In this document: positions 62,986 to 64,000 of the stretch, piece after piece | Numbering within the stretch: the first letter of the stretch is position 1 | Layout: every line of letters begins with the position of its first letter | DNA from: Antedon mediterranea | Lineage: Eukaryota > Animalia > Echinodermata | Reading direction: 5' to 3' | NCBI RefSeq assembly: GCF_964355755.1 | Contig: NC_092676.1 | Location: forward strand, 9,959,888 to 10,023,887 | Length of the DNA stretch: 64,000 nt | Translations under genes and position numbers: made by a program | Notes under the pieces: generated by a model | Database searches by the model: none | Told to the model about the DNA's origin: nothing | What the model saw: only the letters and a program-made list of their open reading frames with translations

Positions 62986-63495
62986 AGTTAGACTAGAGAC
63001 CCCCCTTCCCTCAACTAGCCCAGCTTAGATAATGTAGATACCACCAGCAACCAATGTTATATGATTTAGCACATTGTATGAAATACCAAATTACCTTATT
63101 ACAGACTATTTGTACACTGCCTTGGTCCTGACAGACCCCTCTAAAGTTAGACTAGAGACACCCCTTTCCCCAACTATCCCAGCTTAGATATTGTAGATAC
63201 CACCAGCAACCAATGTTATATGATTTAGCACATTGTAAGCCATACAAATGACCTATTACAGACTATCTGTACACTGCCTTGGCCCTGGCAGACCCCTCTA
63301 AAGTTAGACTAGAGACCCCCTTTCCCCAACTATCCCAGCTACCAAAGCTATATGACTTAGCACATTGTAAACAATACCAAATGACCTACAGACTATCTGT
63401 ACACTGCCTAGGCCCTGGCATACCCTTCTAAAGTTAGACTAGAGACCCAATTTACCCCAAGTATAGCCTACCTTAGATATTGTAGATACCAACAG
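62986..63495. repeat. ~158-bp tandem repeat, about 3.5 units
   Basis: AGTTAGACTAGAGAC recurs near 62986, 63145, 63302 and 63432. Confidence 0.9.
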
Positions 63496-64000
63496 CAGCA
63501 AAAAAAAAAACACCCAAAACAACATGTTTAATTGAATAAAGTTTAACTTTAATCGAACTAACACAAAACAATTGAAAATATATCACATCAATGACGATAA
63601 AATGACCATTACCATTCTAAAGAGAAAAATAGTTTAAGAGTTTCATTTAAAACTTATATAAGCCAAATATATATAACAAGTACGGATTTGGGTAAATTTA
63701 GCATTCCTAGCCTTTGTATGTCAAAGATACATTCGTCTGTAACTCTTGGACCTACTTTAAGAGAAAGCTTAGTAATCACCTTAATCAAATTCAGGATTGT
63801 AGTAACTTAATCTAAAGTGATTTGATTAATTAATAGTGGGAATTTTTAAATGCTGTATATTATAATCTTAATTCTGTATTCATATTTATATATATTCATA
63901 TAGATGCGTTGAGGCTGCAAAAGTGCTCAATTGGAATCAAGAGCGAATATTTAAGATGGAACACGGACGTCTATTACACTGTGTTTCACATTAAACGATC

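Noticed and set aside
63560-63626. Minus-strand acceptor followed by NGNGHF, a possible EF1 exon
   Set aside because: No conserved position-12 Glu and no clear donor; likely chance.

Overview
AT-rich animal genomic DNA, probably a marine invertebrate (the SLC9C1 protein is sea-urchin-like; the taxon is my inference). Main content, in order: (1) a tandem tRNA-Gly(GCC) array at 1-4343 with about 19 intact, variant and dead copies, interrupted by MITEs; (2) a complete 19-exon sperm-type voltage- and cAMP-gated Na+/H+ exchanger gene (SLC9C1-like, + strand, 10029-38554, about 1248 aa) with transposon-filled introns; (3) a young Mag-clade Ty3/Gypsy element with identical 121-bp LTRs, split by a TTAA-targeting MITE; (4) a Penelope-like element inside a 36-bp minisatellite; (5) a multi-exon calbindin/calretinin-like EF-hand gene on the - strand. 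Most interesting observations: tiny TIR-TIR scars with 7-8-bp TSDs that look like P-element excision footprints, plus a nested stack of P-like MITEs just upstream of SLC9C1; a 5S-rRNA-derived SINE whose 3' tail matches a CR1/L2 LINE in the same window; three minimal hammerhead ribozymes, each with a different 3-8 core pair (C-G, G-C, U-A); and an Academ foldback element with ~1.15-kb arms inserted in the stop codon of a Rex1-like LINE. All coordinates were read by eye and may be off by a few bases. No database searches were run.
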